From Planctomycetota bacterium (GTDB lineage Bacteria > Planctomycetota > GCA-002687715), in the NCBI GenBank assembly GCA_009691765.1, contig SIAO01000002.1, positions 154,415 through 218,414 on the forward strand: a stretch of 64,000 nucleotides of DNA, read 5' to 3'. Position numbers and translations under genes: made by a program. This document shows positions 19,380-28,900 of the stretch, piece by piece (within the stretch, counting starts at the first letter, position 1; each line of letters begins with the position of its first letter). The notes beneath the pieces are model-generated. The model did no database searches, was not told where the DNA came from, and saw only the letters and a program-made list of their open reading frames with translations.

Positions 19380-20402
19380 ATGAGCAACATTGACACAGTG
19401 GGCGACCTCGCAGCGGTTCAAAAACTGAAAGAGGCCTATGCCTCTTTGAAGACCGAAGTGGGGCGTGTGATTGTCGGCCAAGACGCGGTGGTGGATCAGG
19501 TGCTCATGAGCATCTTCGCCCGCGGCCATGGGCTCTTGGTCGGCGTACCCGGCTTGGCCAAGACGCTGTTGGTGAGCACGCTCGCCAAATCGCTCTCGCT
19601 CAGCTTCAACCGCATTCAATTCACTCCAGACTTGATGCCTTCAGACATCACAGGCACTGAAGTCATCCAAGAAGATCGCGCGAGCGGGCAGCGACACTTC
19701 AAGTTCATCCCGGGCCCGGTGTTTGCGCATGTGGTTCTGGCCGACGAAATCAACCGCACGCCTCCGAAGACCCAAGCGGCCCTGCTCGAAGCCATGCAAG
19801 AGCATCAGGTGACGGCCGGTGGACGGCGCCACGCTTTGCCCGCTCCGTTCTTCGTGCTGGCCACGCAAAACCCCATCGAACAAGAAGGCACGTATCCGCT
19901 GCCGGAAGCGCAGCTCGACCGCTTCATGTTCATGATCCGTGTTGATTACCCTAGCGCCGCCGAAGAGCTGAAGATCATTCAAGACACCACCGGCGCGCGC
20001 AGCGTGGAGTTGCGCCAAGTTCTCAACGCCGAAGAAATCCTCGCGCTGCAAGAAACAGTGCGCCGTGTGCCGGTATCCGACCACGTCGTGAACTACGCGC
20101 TCGAATTCGCACGTCGCACGCGTATCACCACGCCCGATGCCGACGACTTCGTGAAGCAGTGGGTGGCTTGGGGTGCTGGTCCGCGCGCCAGTCAGTACTT
20201 GGTGCTCGGAGCCAAGGCCCACGCTGTCTTGCACGGCCGCACTTGGGTGAGCGGCGAAGATGTGCGCGCCGTCGCGCATCCCGTGCTGCGCCACCGCATC
20301 ATCCGCAATTTCCGCGCCGAAGCGGAAGGCATCACCACCGATGGGGTCGTCGATCACCTCATCCGCGAAATCCCGCGCGCCGCCGCAGACCGCAGCGCGT
20401 GA
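19380..20402 (+). CDS. MoxR-like AAA+ ATPase
   Basis: 340-aa ORF with Walker A GVPGLAKT, Walker [10 protein letters not shown], and the MoxR-specific AAA_3 topology. It is the first gene of the Bat-like cluster. Confidence 0.9.
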   Translation: MSNIDTVGDLAAVQKLKEAYASLKTEVGRVIVGQDAVVDQVLMSIFARGHGLLVGVPGLAKTLLVSTLAKSLSLSFNRIQFTPDLMPSDITGTEVIQEDRASGQRHFKFIPGPVFAHVVLADEINRTPPKTQAALLEAMQEHQVTAGGRRHALPAPFFVLATQNPIEQEGTYPLPEAQLDRFMFMIRVDYPSAAEELKIIQDTTGARSVELRQVLNAEEILALQETVRRVPVSDHVVNYALEFARRTRITTPDADDFVKQWVAWGAGPRASQYLVLGAKAHAVLHGRTWVSGEDVRAVAHPVLRHRIIRNFRAEAEGITTDGVVDHLIREIPRAAADRSA

Positions 20403-20410
20403 AGCCTGCG

Positions 20411-21310
20411 ATGAGCGAGGACTATCGCAAGTACCTCGATCCGGCCGTGCTCGAAAAAGTGGCCGGGTTGGAGGTGAAAGCACGACTCGTGGTGGAGGGC
20501 TTCATGGCCGGCCGCCATGAATCGCCCTACAAAGGCTCGTCGGTGGAATTCGCGGAGCATCGCGAGTACGCACCCGGCGACGACCTGCGCCGGATCGACT
20601 GGAAGGTGTACGGCAAGTCAGACCGCTTTTATCTGAAAGAGTTTGAAGAAGAGACGAATCTGAAGGCGTACATCGCGGTGGATGCGTCAGCCTCGATGGG
20701 CTACGCCGGCGCGGGCCGTGTCAGCAAGCTCGAATACTCCAAGTACGCAGCCGCCGCCATTTTGCACTTGGTGCATCAACAGCGCGACTCGGGCGCCTTG
20801 GTCGCTTTCGGAAGTGGCATCAGCACATTCGTGCCGCCGGGCAGCAGCAGCGCGCATCACAGAAACCTCATCGAGAATCTCTCGGGGTTGAAAGCCGAAG
20901 GACCGAGCGGCATCGGGCCCGTGTTCGATGAAATCGCTTCACGCTTGCGGCAGCGTTCCCTTGTCGCAGTGTTCTCAGATTTGCTCGACGACGAAGCCTC
21001 CGTGCTGCGCGGGTTGCAACACATGGCGCATCGCGGCCACGATGTCATCCTCTTTCACGTGATGGACTCTGATGAACTCAATTTCCCTTTCGAACGGATG
21101 TCGCGCTTCGAAGGGCTCGAAGACATGGAGCGTTTGCTGCTCGATCCGAAAGCCGTGCGCGAGGCCTATCTCGCTGAAGTCAACAGTTTCCGTGCGCGAC
21201 TGACGGCCACGTGCCTCGCAGGCCGCATGGACTTCGTGGCGCTGGACACTTCCGCGCCGCTCGACAAAGCGCTTGGGACATGGCTCGCCCGACGCTCGGG
21301 GACCCGCTGA
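20411..21310 (+). CDS. DUF58 domain protein (MoxR partner, BatII-like)
   Basis: ORF 20159..21310 trimmed to MSEDYRKYLDP. It has the DUF58 blocks (SPYKGSSVEFAEHREYAPGDDLRRIDWKVY) and a degenerate VWA-like fold (IAVDASASM). Confidence 0.8.
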   Translation: MSEDYRKYLDPAVLEKVAGLEVKARLVVEGFMAGRHESPYKGSSVEFAEHREYAPGDDLRRIDWKVYGKSDRFYLKEFEEETNLKAYIAVDASASMGYAGAGRVSKLEYSKYAAAAILHLVHQQRDSGALVAFGSGISTFVPPGSSSAHHRNLIENLSGLKAEGPSGIGPVFDEIASRLRQRSLVAVFSDLLDDEASVLRGLQHMAHRGHDVILFHVMDSDELNFPFERMSRFEGLEDMERLLLDPKAVREAYLAEVNSFRARLTATCLAGRMDFVALDTSAPLDKALGTWLARRSGTR

Positions 21311-21311
21311 C

Positions 21312-23522
21312 ATGGGCTCCTTCTTTGGCGCACCGGCAATGTTGTGGTGGGGCCTCGCGGCTTCCGTGCCCATTCTCATCCATCTTTTCTCGCGCCAGCG
21401 CTATCAGAAGCTGCCGTGGGCCGCGATGGAGTTCTTGCGCCGTGCCTTCAAGAAGACGCGGCGGCGCGTGCGCCTCGAGCATCTGCTGATCCTGCTCTTG
21501 CGCGTGTTAGCGCTGCTGCTGTTGGCGCTGGCTTTGGCGGAACCACTCCGCGATGTGGCCAGCCTCCTTGGAGGCGAACGGCGCGAACTGGTTTTGATCT
21601 TGGACGACAGCTTCTCCATGGCTGTTGAAGAGCCCGACGGATCTACGCCGTTCACGCGCGCGCGTGCGAAAGCCGTAGCGCTCGTCAACGAACTTCGTGG
21701 CGACCGAGGCGACAGCGTCAGCGTGCTGCTCGCGGGGCGTCCCGTGCGCTTGCTGCGCAAGGCCAGTGCTGAACTCGACAAGAGCGCCGCAGAACTTGGC
21801 AGGCTCGAAGTGAGCGACCTCGCCACAGATCTCGGCGGAGCACTCTCCACCGCCTCTGCTCTGCTCGAATCACTGCCTGAAGGCGTAGAAGTCGTGGTGC
21901 TCTCGGATGTGCAGAAGACCGCCTTCGGTGACAGCACCTCAGAAGCGGTGGCGCGCGACTTGGCGCTCGCGGCACGCGCGATCACAGCGCGCAAAGGCAC
22001 GCTGCGTTTCGTTCTGCCTCGCACAGGCAACAGCGACAACCTCGCACTGACCGCGCTGGAATGCCGCGAACGCAGTGTCATCGCGGGACGCGCGGCGCGC
22101 ATGGTGGCCACGCTCACGAACTACTCCGACAAGCCGCAATCAGGCACGGTGCGCTTTCACGCCGACGGCGCCACCGAGCCTTTTGAATCTCGCGAGATCG
22201 AAGCGCTGCGGCCCGGTGCTTCAGAAAGCGTGGACGCGCGTGTGATGTTCAGCGCGGCGGGCAGCCATGTCGTAGAAGCACATTTCGCAACCGACGCACT
22301 CGCGCCAGACAATCGTCGCGCGCTCGCACTCGATGTTCGCAGCGACATCCGCGTGCGCATCGTGGATGGCGAACCTTCTGCAGAGGCCGGCGAAGAAGAG
22401 TCGTTCTTCCTTGCTGCGGCTCTCGACCCCGGCATCGAAGGTGTGCGCTCCCCCTTCGAAGTGCAGGTGTTGGACGAAGGACGCTTTGAACAAACCGCGC
22501 TCAAGGGCGTGGACATCGTCGTTCTCATGAACACGAGCACGCTCTCGCCGCGCAAGGCCGAAGATCTGCGCAACTTCGTGACGGCTGGTGGCGCACTGTG
22601 GGTTTTCCCGGGTGATCGCACGCAACCCGAAACTCTGAACACGCTCTTATTCCAAGAAGGCAACGGACCTTTGCCCGCCGCCATCGCAGGACCTACCTTG
22701 GTTGCGCCGACAGACTCCAGTTTCCGTTTGAGTGGGCCCGATCCGATGCCGTCAGAGCTCGCCTACTTTGCCGACAAAGATGTGGCCTCATGGCTCGGGC
22801 GCGCGCCGATTCACAAGCACTGGCGCCTCGAAGCGCCCAAAGCCCCAAGACAGCAACGCGTTCTTCTCAACCTCGCTCCTCAAGATGGCAGCATTGCGGC
22901 GCAACCCGCACTCGTGGTGAATCGCTTCGGAGCGGGTCGTACTGCGTTGTTCGCTTTCAGTGGCGATCAAGAGTGGAGCGATCTGCCTGCCTTCCCCACC
23001 TTTGTGCTGCTCGCTCGCGAAATGGCTTGGTGGCTGAGCGAACATGTTTCCAGTGGCGACAACTTGTTGGCTGGCAGTTCGTGGCGGTACTCACTGCGTG
23101 GTCGCGTGAAGGAAGCGCTCTTGGCTCATGAAGGCGGCACGGCTGTGGTGTTGCGCCCACTGCGCCATGAAGGCGCTCAGCATGAAGAACTGCAAAGCGA
23201 CACTCTGCTGCGCGCGCGGCTCTGGCGCGCCGATCTCATCCCGCACCCGGGTGAGACTCTCGAAGACACGTCTCCACGCTGGGTCGCGGTGAATGTGGAT
23301 TGCAGCGAATCCGATTTGCACCGCGCCGATGAAGCCTGGCTCCGCACCGTGTTCGGCGTAGAAACCCAATTCGAGAGCGAGGGGCGTGAGCCAGAAACGG
23401 TGACACGCGCTTCCGCCGCAGAACATGCGTGGTGGTGGCTGCTGTTCGGCGCACTGCTCGCACTCTTGGCAGAAACGGCTTTGTCGCAATGGTTCGGCGC
23501 ACGCGCGGAGGCCAAGGCATGA
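21312..23522 (+). CDS. BatA-like VWA protein with N-terminal double-transmembrane anchor (TIGR02226-type)
   Basis: Trimmed to MGSFFGAPAMLWWGLAASVPILIHLF...LLILLLRVLALLLLALALAEP, the BatA/two_anch N-terminus. A VWA MIDAS motif (LILDDSFSM) follows it. Overlaps the DUF58 stop. Confidence 0.75.
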   Translation: MGSFFGAPAMLWWGLAASVPILIHLFSRQRYQKLPWAAMEFLRRAFKKTRRRVRLEHLLILLLRVLALLLLALALAEPLRDVASLLGGERRELVLILDDSFSMAVEEPDGSTPFTRARAKAVALVNELRGDRGDSVSVLLAGRPVRLLRKASAELDKSAAELGRLEVSDLATDLGGALSTASALLESLPEGVEVVVLSDVQKTAFGDSTSEAVARDLALAARAITARKGTLRFVLPRTGNSDNLALTALECRERSVIAGRAARMVATLTNYSDKPQSGTVRFHADGATEPFESREIEALRPGASESVDARVMFSAAGSHVVEAHFATDALAPDNRRALALDVRSDIRVRIVDGEPSAEAGEEESFFLAAALDPGIEGVRSPFEVQVLDEGRFEQTALKGVDIVVLMNTSTLSPRKAEDLRNFVTAGGALWVFPGDRTQPETLNTLLFQEGNGPLPAAIAGPTLVAPTDSSFRLSGPDPMPSELAYFADKDVASWLGRAPIHKHWRLEAPKAPRQQRVLLNLAPQDGSIAAQPALVVNRFGAGRTALFAFSGDQEWSDLPAFPTFVLLAREMAWWLSEHVSSGDNLLAGSSWRYSLRGRVKEALLAHEGGTAVVLRPLRHEGAQHEELQSDTLLRARLWRADLIPHPGETLEDTSPRWVAVNVDCSESDLHRADEAWLRTVFGVETQFESEGREPETVTRASAAEHAWWWLLFGALLALLAETALSQWFGARAEAKA

Positions 23523-25900
23523 ACCCCGCCGAGCGTGAAACTGCTGGCTTCGTGCTGCTCGGCGCCCCTGCTGCATGGGTGATCGTGCTGCTGATCGTTC
23601 CAGCTTTGATCGGCTTCACAGCGCTTTTCTATCGCCTCGGACGTGACCCTTCGCGCAAAGCTCGCTTGTTCCTTGCCAGCTTGCGCGCAGTCGTGGTGCT
23701 GGTTTTGGCTGCGCTATTGATGGACCCCGCATTCGAATCGCAAATCGTCGAACGCAAACCTGTGTTGACCGTCGTGCTCGCAGATTCCAGCGCTTCCATG
23801 CGCACCAAAGACGACTACGCGCAAGTTCCAAACTTAGCGAGCGCAGTGCGCGCAGCAGCATCCCTCGACGCAACAACGCCCTTGGGCGGTGTAGAGCGCA
23901 TCGAGCTCGCACGGCGCGTCCTCGATGACGGTAGTGAGAAGAGTTTCTTGAAGGAGCTGGCGAAGAAACATCCGCTGAAACTCTTGGGCTTCGGCGAACG
24001 CGTCACGCCCGCAACCAGCTTTGCCAGCTTGCAAGCAGACGAACGCGCCACAGCGATTGGTCTCGCGCTGCAACGCACCTTCGACGACCCGGAAGTGAAG
24101 AGCAGCCCGGTCGGGAGCATCGTGCTCATCAGCGATGGTCGCAACACAGCGGGCCCCTTACCGACGGACTTTGTGGAGCTCGCACGCAATCGGCGCATTC
24201 CGATCCACTGCGTGGGTGTCGGCGACCCTTCCGCGCTGCGCAATCTCAAGATCGTCAGTGTGCTTGCCCCGGCGGTGGCGCTGCTGCAAGACAGTGTGGT
24301 CATCGAAACGCGCGTGCGCCAACGCGGGTTAGACGGCGCCGCGGCCACACTGCGTCTGCTCGTCGATGGCAATGTGGTTGAACAGAAAGAGTTCAGCTTC
24401 GGCGACGCGGACCAAGACCAAGTAGTGCGCTTGATGCACAGGCCGACGCGTGTGGGCCAGCAAGAATGGGTGCTGGAGCTGGTGCCACAGCCGGGCGAAG
24501 CCGACACTGCCGACAACCGCCGCACTGTGCCCATCTTGGTGAAAGACGAACGCATCAAAGTCTTGTATGTCGAAACCTATCCGCGCTGGGAGTACGCCAC
24601 GCTGAAAGATTTCCTCACCCGTGGCGAAGATGCATTCGAAACACACTGCCACCTCATCGATGCCGACCGCGGCTTCCCGCAAGAGTCTTCGGCGCGTTTA
24701 CCACCACTGCGCGAACTGCCAGAAGCACCCGAGGATTTGTTCAGCTACGACGTGATCATCTTTGGTGATGTCGACCCCGAGGGCCTTGGCCACGGCGACC
24801 CCGAGCGCGCGCGTCGTTTCCAACAGAATCTGCGCACCTTCGTCGAACAAGGCGGCGGCTTCATCATGCTGAGTGGCGAGCGTTTCTCGCCTGGCGCATG
24901 GAAAGACACGCCCATCGCCGAAGTGCTGCCCATCATCATCGACCCCTCGGAAGTCAGCGCATCCAGCGGTGATTCCGGTTTCCATCTGCGTCTCACAGAA
25001 CTCGGACGCGAGCATCCTGTGATGCAGATCGTCGAAGACCCGCTGCGCAACCGCACTATCTGGGAAGGTGGCGACGACCCGCTGGCACTCGCGCCGCTGT
25101 GGTGGTTCGCCGCGGTGAAGAAAACGAAACCGGGCGCGATGGCGCTGGCGCTGCACTCCAGCGCTTCCAACTTGCACGGGCCCCATGTGTTGATCGCCAC
25201 GGGCACCTATGGCGAAGGCCCAGTGATCTTCTCAGCGCTCGATGAAATGTGGCGTTGGTACCGCGATCAAGGCCCCTTCTCGCATCATCGCTTCTTCGGC
25301 AACCTCGTGCGCCACGCTGCGCGCACGCGCCTGCTCGCAGGCGACAAACGCTTCCGCTTGAACGCCGATCGCAGTGAAGTTGAACAAGGCGCGCGCCTGA
25401 GCCTCGCCGCCTCTGTCAAAGACCACGCCTTCTTGCCCGCGACCAGAGAAACTCAAGAAGTTGTGCTGCGCGAGCCCACAGGGCGCGAACGCCGCGAGCT
25501 CTTGCACCGCGTAGAAAACGGCAAGTACGAACGCGCTTTCACTGTGGGTGAACTCGGAGAATGGAGCGCGTGGCTGCCGAGCGAAGACGGATTGAGTGAC
25601 GAGCGCATTGCGCCCCTCACATTCCGTGTGGTGCTCGCTGACGCTGAGCAGCGCGAACCCGTCATGGATGAGCAGCAACTGCGTGCGTTAGCCAGTGCCA
25701 CCGGCGGGCGCTACGTCGGCCTCGAAGGAGCACGCGAACTCTTGAGCAGCGCGGCCTCGGGCACGGTGGAAATCCCAAGGCAGCGCCGCGTGTTGCGTTT
25801 GCGCGACAGTGACAGCCCTTGGCTGCACTGGATTCCGGCCATTCTTGTGACGCTCCTCGGTATTGAGTGGATGGTGCGCAAACGCCATAGACTCATCTAA
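23519..25900 (+). CDS. second BatA-like paralog: two-TM N-terminal anchor + VWA domain + C-terminal TM helix
   Basis: Trimmed to MNPAERETAGFVLLGAPAAWVIVLLIVPALIGF.... It has a VWA MIDAS motif VVLADSSASM and a C-terminal WLHWIPAILVTLLGIEWMV anchor. ATG overlaps the upstream stop (ATGA). Confidence 0.7.
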   Translation: MNPAERETAGFVLLGAPAAWVIVLLIVPALIGFTALFYRLGRDPSRKARLFLASLRAVVVLVLAALLMDPAFESQIVERKPVLTVVLADSSASMRTKDDYAQVPNLASAVRAAASLDATTPLGGVERIELARRVLDDGSEKSFLKELAKKHPLKLLGFGERVTPATSFASLQADERATAIGLALQRTFDDPEVKSSPVGSIVLISDGRNTAGPLPTDFVELARNRRIPIHCVGVGDPSALRNLKIVSVLAPAVALLQDSVVIETRVRQRGLDGAAATLRLLVDGNVVEQKEFSFGDADQDQVVRLMHRPTRVGQQEWVLELVPQPGEADTADNRRTVPILVKDERIKVLYVETYPRWEYATLKDFLTRGEDAFETHCHLIDADRGFPQESSARLPPLRELPEAPEDLFSYDVIIFGDVDPEGLGHGDPERARRFQQNLRTFVEQGGGFIMLSGERFSPGAWKDTPIAEVLPIIIDPSEVSASSGDSGFHLRLTELGREHPVMQIVEDPLRNRTIWEGGDDPLALAPLWWFAAVKKTKPGAMALALHSSASNLHGPHVLIATGTYGEGPVIFSALDEMWRWYRDQGPFSHHRFFGNLVRHAARTRLLAGDKRFRLNADRSEVEQGARLSLAASVKDHAFLPATRETQEVVLREPTGRERRELLHRVENGKYERAFTVGELGEWSAWLPSEDGLSDERIAPLTFRVVLADAEQREPVMDEQQLRALASATGGRYVGLEGARELLSSAASGTVEIPRQRRVLRLRDSDSPWLHWIPAILVTLLGIEWMVRKRHRLI

Positions 25901-25905
25901 CTGTC

Positions 25906-28900
25906 ATGCGCCACGCGCTGTTGCTGCTGTTCTTCGCAAGCTGCCTCGCAGCTCAGAGTCTCTCCACCGCGCAAGCCACGGTGCCTGATGATCCGGTCGT
26001 GCAGCAATTGCTGTTGAAGGCCGATGAGGCGCTCGCACAGCAAGACTTGAATCGCGCGCTCGCACACTGGCAAGACATTCTTGACCGCCTCGGTTCCAAG
26101 GTGATTCAGGTAACGAAGGGCGAGCGCAGTCAGCACCCGACCGATCCCACAGTGGCGGGCGATCTCTTTCGCGGCGTGCGTGGCCATGTGATGGAACGCT
26201 TGCGCCAGTTGAACGCAGAACAGTTCGCCGTATACGTGCAGAAAATGGAACCCAAGGCGCGTGAACTGCTGCAACGCGGTATCGCAGCCTTCGACGAAGC
26301 AGCGTTGCGCGATGCAGCTTCGCGCTGGTTGCTCACACCGTCAGGACAAGCCGCTGCCTTCACGCTGCTCGATTTGCTGCTCGAACAAGGGCGTTTCGAT
26401 GAAGCGCTGTTGCAAGCGCAGCGCTTGGAAGTGGATCTGCGCACTTTCGGCGCAAGCGTCGCGACGCAACTGAATGCCACCGCACGCATGGCGCTGGCAC
26501 TGCGCGGGCTCGGACGCCGCGCTGCGTTAGAGGAACTGGTTGTCCGCTTCAGCGGCGCAGAGCAGGCTCAAGCGCTGCAAGTGCTGGGGAAGTCGCTCCC
26601 TGCCGCGGACTGGTTTCTCTCCCTCAGCCAAGAGCTTCCGCCAAGCGCTCCAACAGCAACCATCGCGTTCCCGCCTCTCGACGTCGTGCGGCGGCGCATG
26701 TGGGCCACCGAGTATCAGCGGAACAATGAAGCCCGCGAGCTGTTCGTGTTCGATGAACGCGAAGTGAACGCGCGCGTAGGTTGGTTCCCCGTCATGCCTA
26801 GCGTGCAGGGCGCTTCGGTGTACTGGAGCGACGGACTCACCCTGACGTGCGGCTCAATGTTCACGGGCACGGAACTCTGGCCCGCAGTGCATGGCCCGCA
26901 AAACCGCCACGCTGGACGCCGCAATCGCAATCTCTTGTTCCGCGTTGTGGTGGATGGTGATCTTGCCGTCGCGAGCCTCGAAGGTCCGCCATCGTCCAAA
27001 GCACAACGTGCATGGCAAGGCTTCGAGACCATTGAAGCCATTCCCAATCGCAAACTCGTGGCGGTGGATTCCGCAACGGGCGTGCAGCGTTGGAGTCACC
27101 ACACACCCGGCGAGATGCCGCGTGAAGACCGCGATTTCTTGCGCCGCCTCAGCATCGTGCAGCCTCCGGTCGCGCGAGGCAACACGTTTTATGCCACAGG
27201 CACTGTGCTGCTCGGTGTGTTCCATCACTGGGCCTTGGCCATCAACCGCAACACGGGCGCACTACTGTGGCGCACATACCTCGGCGCGGGCCAACTCGAA
27301 CTGAACATGTTTGGCAATCCTGTGAAAGAGGCTGTGCCGCTGCCTCTCACAGAAGCCGACGGCGTGCTTTATTGCTGCACCAACATGGGCGTATTCTGCG
27401 CTGTCGACGCGCTCACCGGGACGCTGCTTTGGGCGAGCACCTATGCACAAGAGGGCATTCCTGGAACCGATTCGCCTGTCACTTACGAGCGCCATCCTGG
27501 TTGGGTGCCTGCCGCTCCAGTCGTGCACGGTTCGCGCGTCTATGCCGCACCGCTCGATGCGTTGACCGTAGTGGCCTTCGAGCGCGACAACGGCAAGGTG
27601 CAAGCCTTTCCCGCGACGCGCCGCACGCTGGCGAATCCCAACACTTGGTTTCTTGGTTTGCACCGTGGCGCACTCTTGGTGGCCGGCAATGTCATCAGCG
27701 CAGTCGATCCCGATTCAGGCGCGCTACGCTGGCGCAGTGTGGAAATCCCGGCGCGCTCTGGACGAGCTGTGTTTGAGGGCTTCCCCAGCGTCGTCGGTGA
27801 CAGCGTGTGGGCCGCCATCGCCGATCCGCGCACGCGTGGCAGCGCCATTCATCGCTACGCCCTCGACGGTGGCGCATTGCTCGAACAAAACGAAGCACGC
27901 GATCAGTCACTGCTCGGCAATCTTGTGGTGACGCCAGAAGCCTTGATCATCGCCAGCGAAGACAGCGTCGCTGTGTGCTTCGACCGCGAGGAAGTGGAAG
28001 CGCGATTAATGCGCGAAGCGCGTTCAGCAGGGGCCAGCTCTGCCACGCATCTGCGTCTCGGCGAACTCCTCTCGCGCAAACCTGATCACATCGGCGCCAT
28101 CGCCGCTTTCGAAGCCGCCCTCGCCGCTGCCGAACGCAGCGCCGATGCTGCCGCGCGCGCCGCGGCCAAACATGCGCTCTTTGAAGCTTGGCTGAACGCC
28201 GCCACAGCGCGCCGTGACTTGCCCACGGGCATCACGCCTGAAGTCTGTTTCGAGCGTGCGCTTGGCCATGCGACGGATGCACGCGCGAAAGCCCGCGTGC
28301 TGTTGGCCGCTCTCGATGCAGCGCTGCGCGATCAAAACCATCAAGCCGCCATCCAGCAGTGCGACGCGATCCTTGCAAGTGTTGCTGACGAACCCGCCAC
28401 TCCACTCGGACGCTTGGTCGAACTCCTCGGCCGAGATTCCCCTGATGTGGCTGTTCCAGCAGGGCTGCTTGCTGCACTCGCTGCCGCGCGAGTGACTGAG
28501 ACCGCTGGCGACACACGCATGGCCGCACGCCGCTGGCAAAATGTGCGCGAACGCTATGGCCGTCAGTTTTTGAACGGCGAAACGGTGCGCTCGGTGGCTT
28601 CGCGCGCCTTGCAAGCACTGCTCACGCTCGCTGGCCGCGCTGCCTACACAGAAGTCGAGGAACAAGCCCAGAAGCGTTTTGCAGCGGCATCAGCCGCGCA
28701 AGACGAGCAAGGACTGCGCACCGTCGTCGAGAACTGGCCAGAGTCTGCAGTGGCACTCGAAGCTCACGCGGCTCTTGTGAAGCTGTTGATACAGCACGGG
28801 AAATCCGTCGAAGCCGTCTTGGAATTGCAGCACCAATTCCGCGATCGCGGCAACGCGCCTGTTGCTCAAGTGGCGCTCTACGCCGAGCTCTTGGGCTCGC

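Noticed and set aside
20159-21310. 383-aa ORF as the DUF58 gene with a long N-terminal extension overlapping moxR by 244 nt
   Set aside because: The extension is Arg/Pro/Ala-rich with no homology. The DUF58-conserved sequence begins at MSEDYRKYLDP (20411), just after the moxR stop, with a more plausible spacing.
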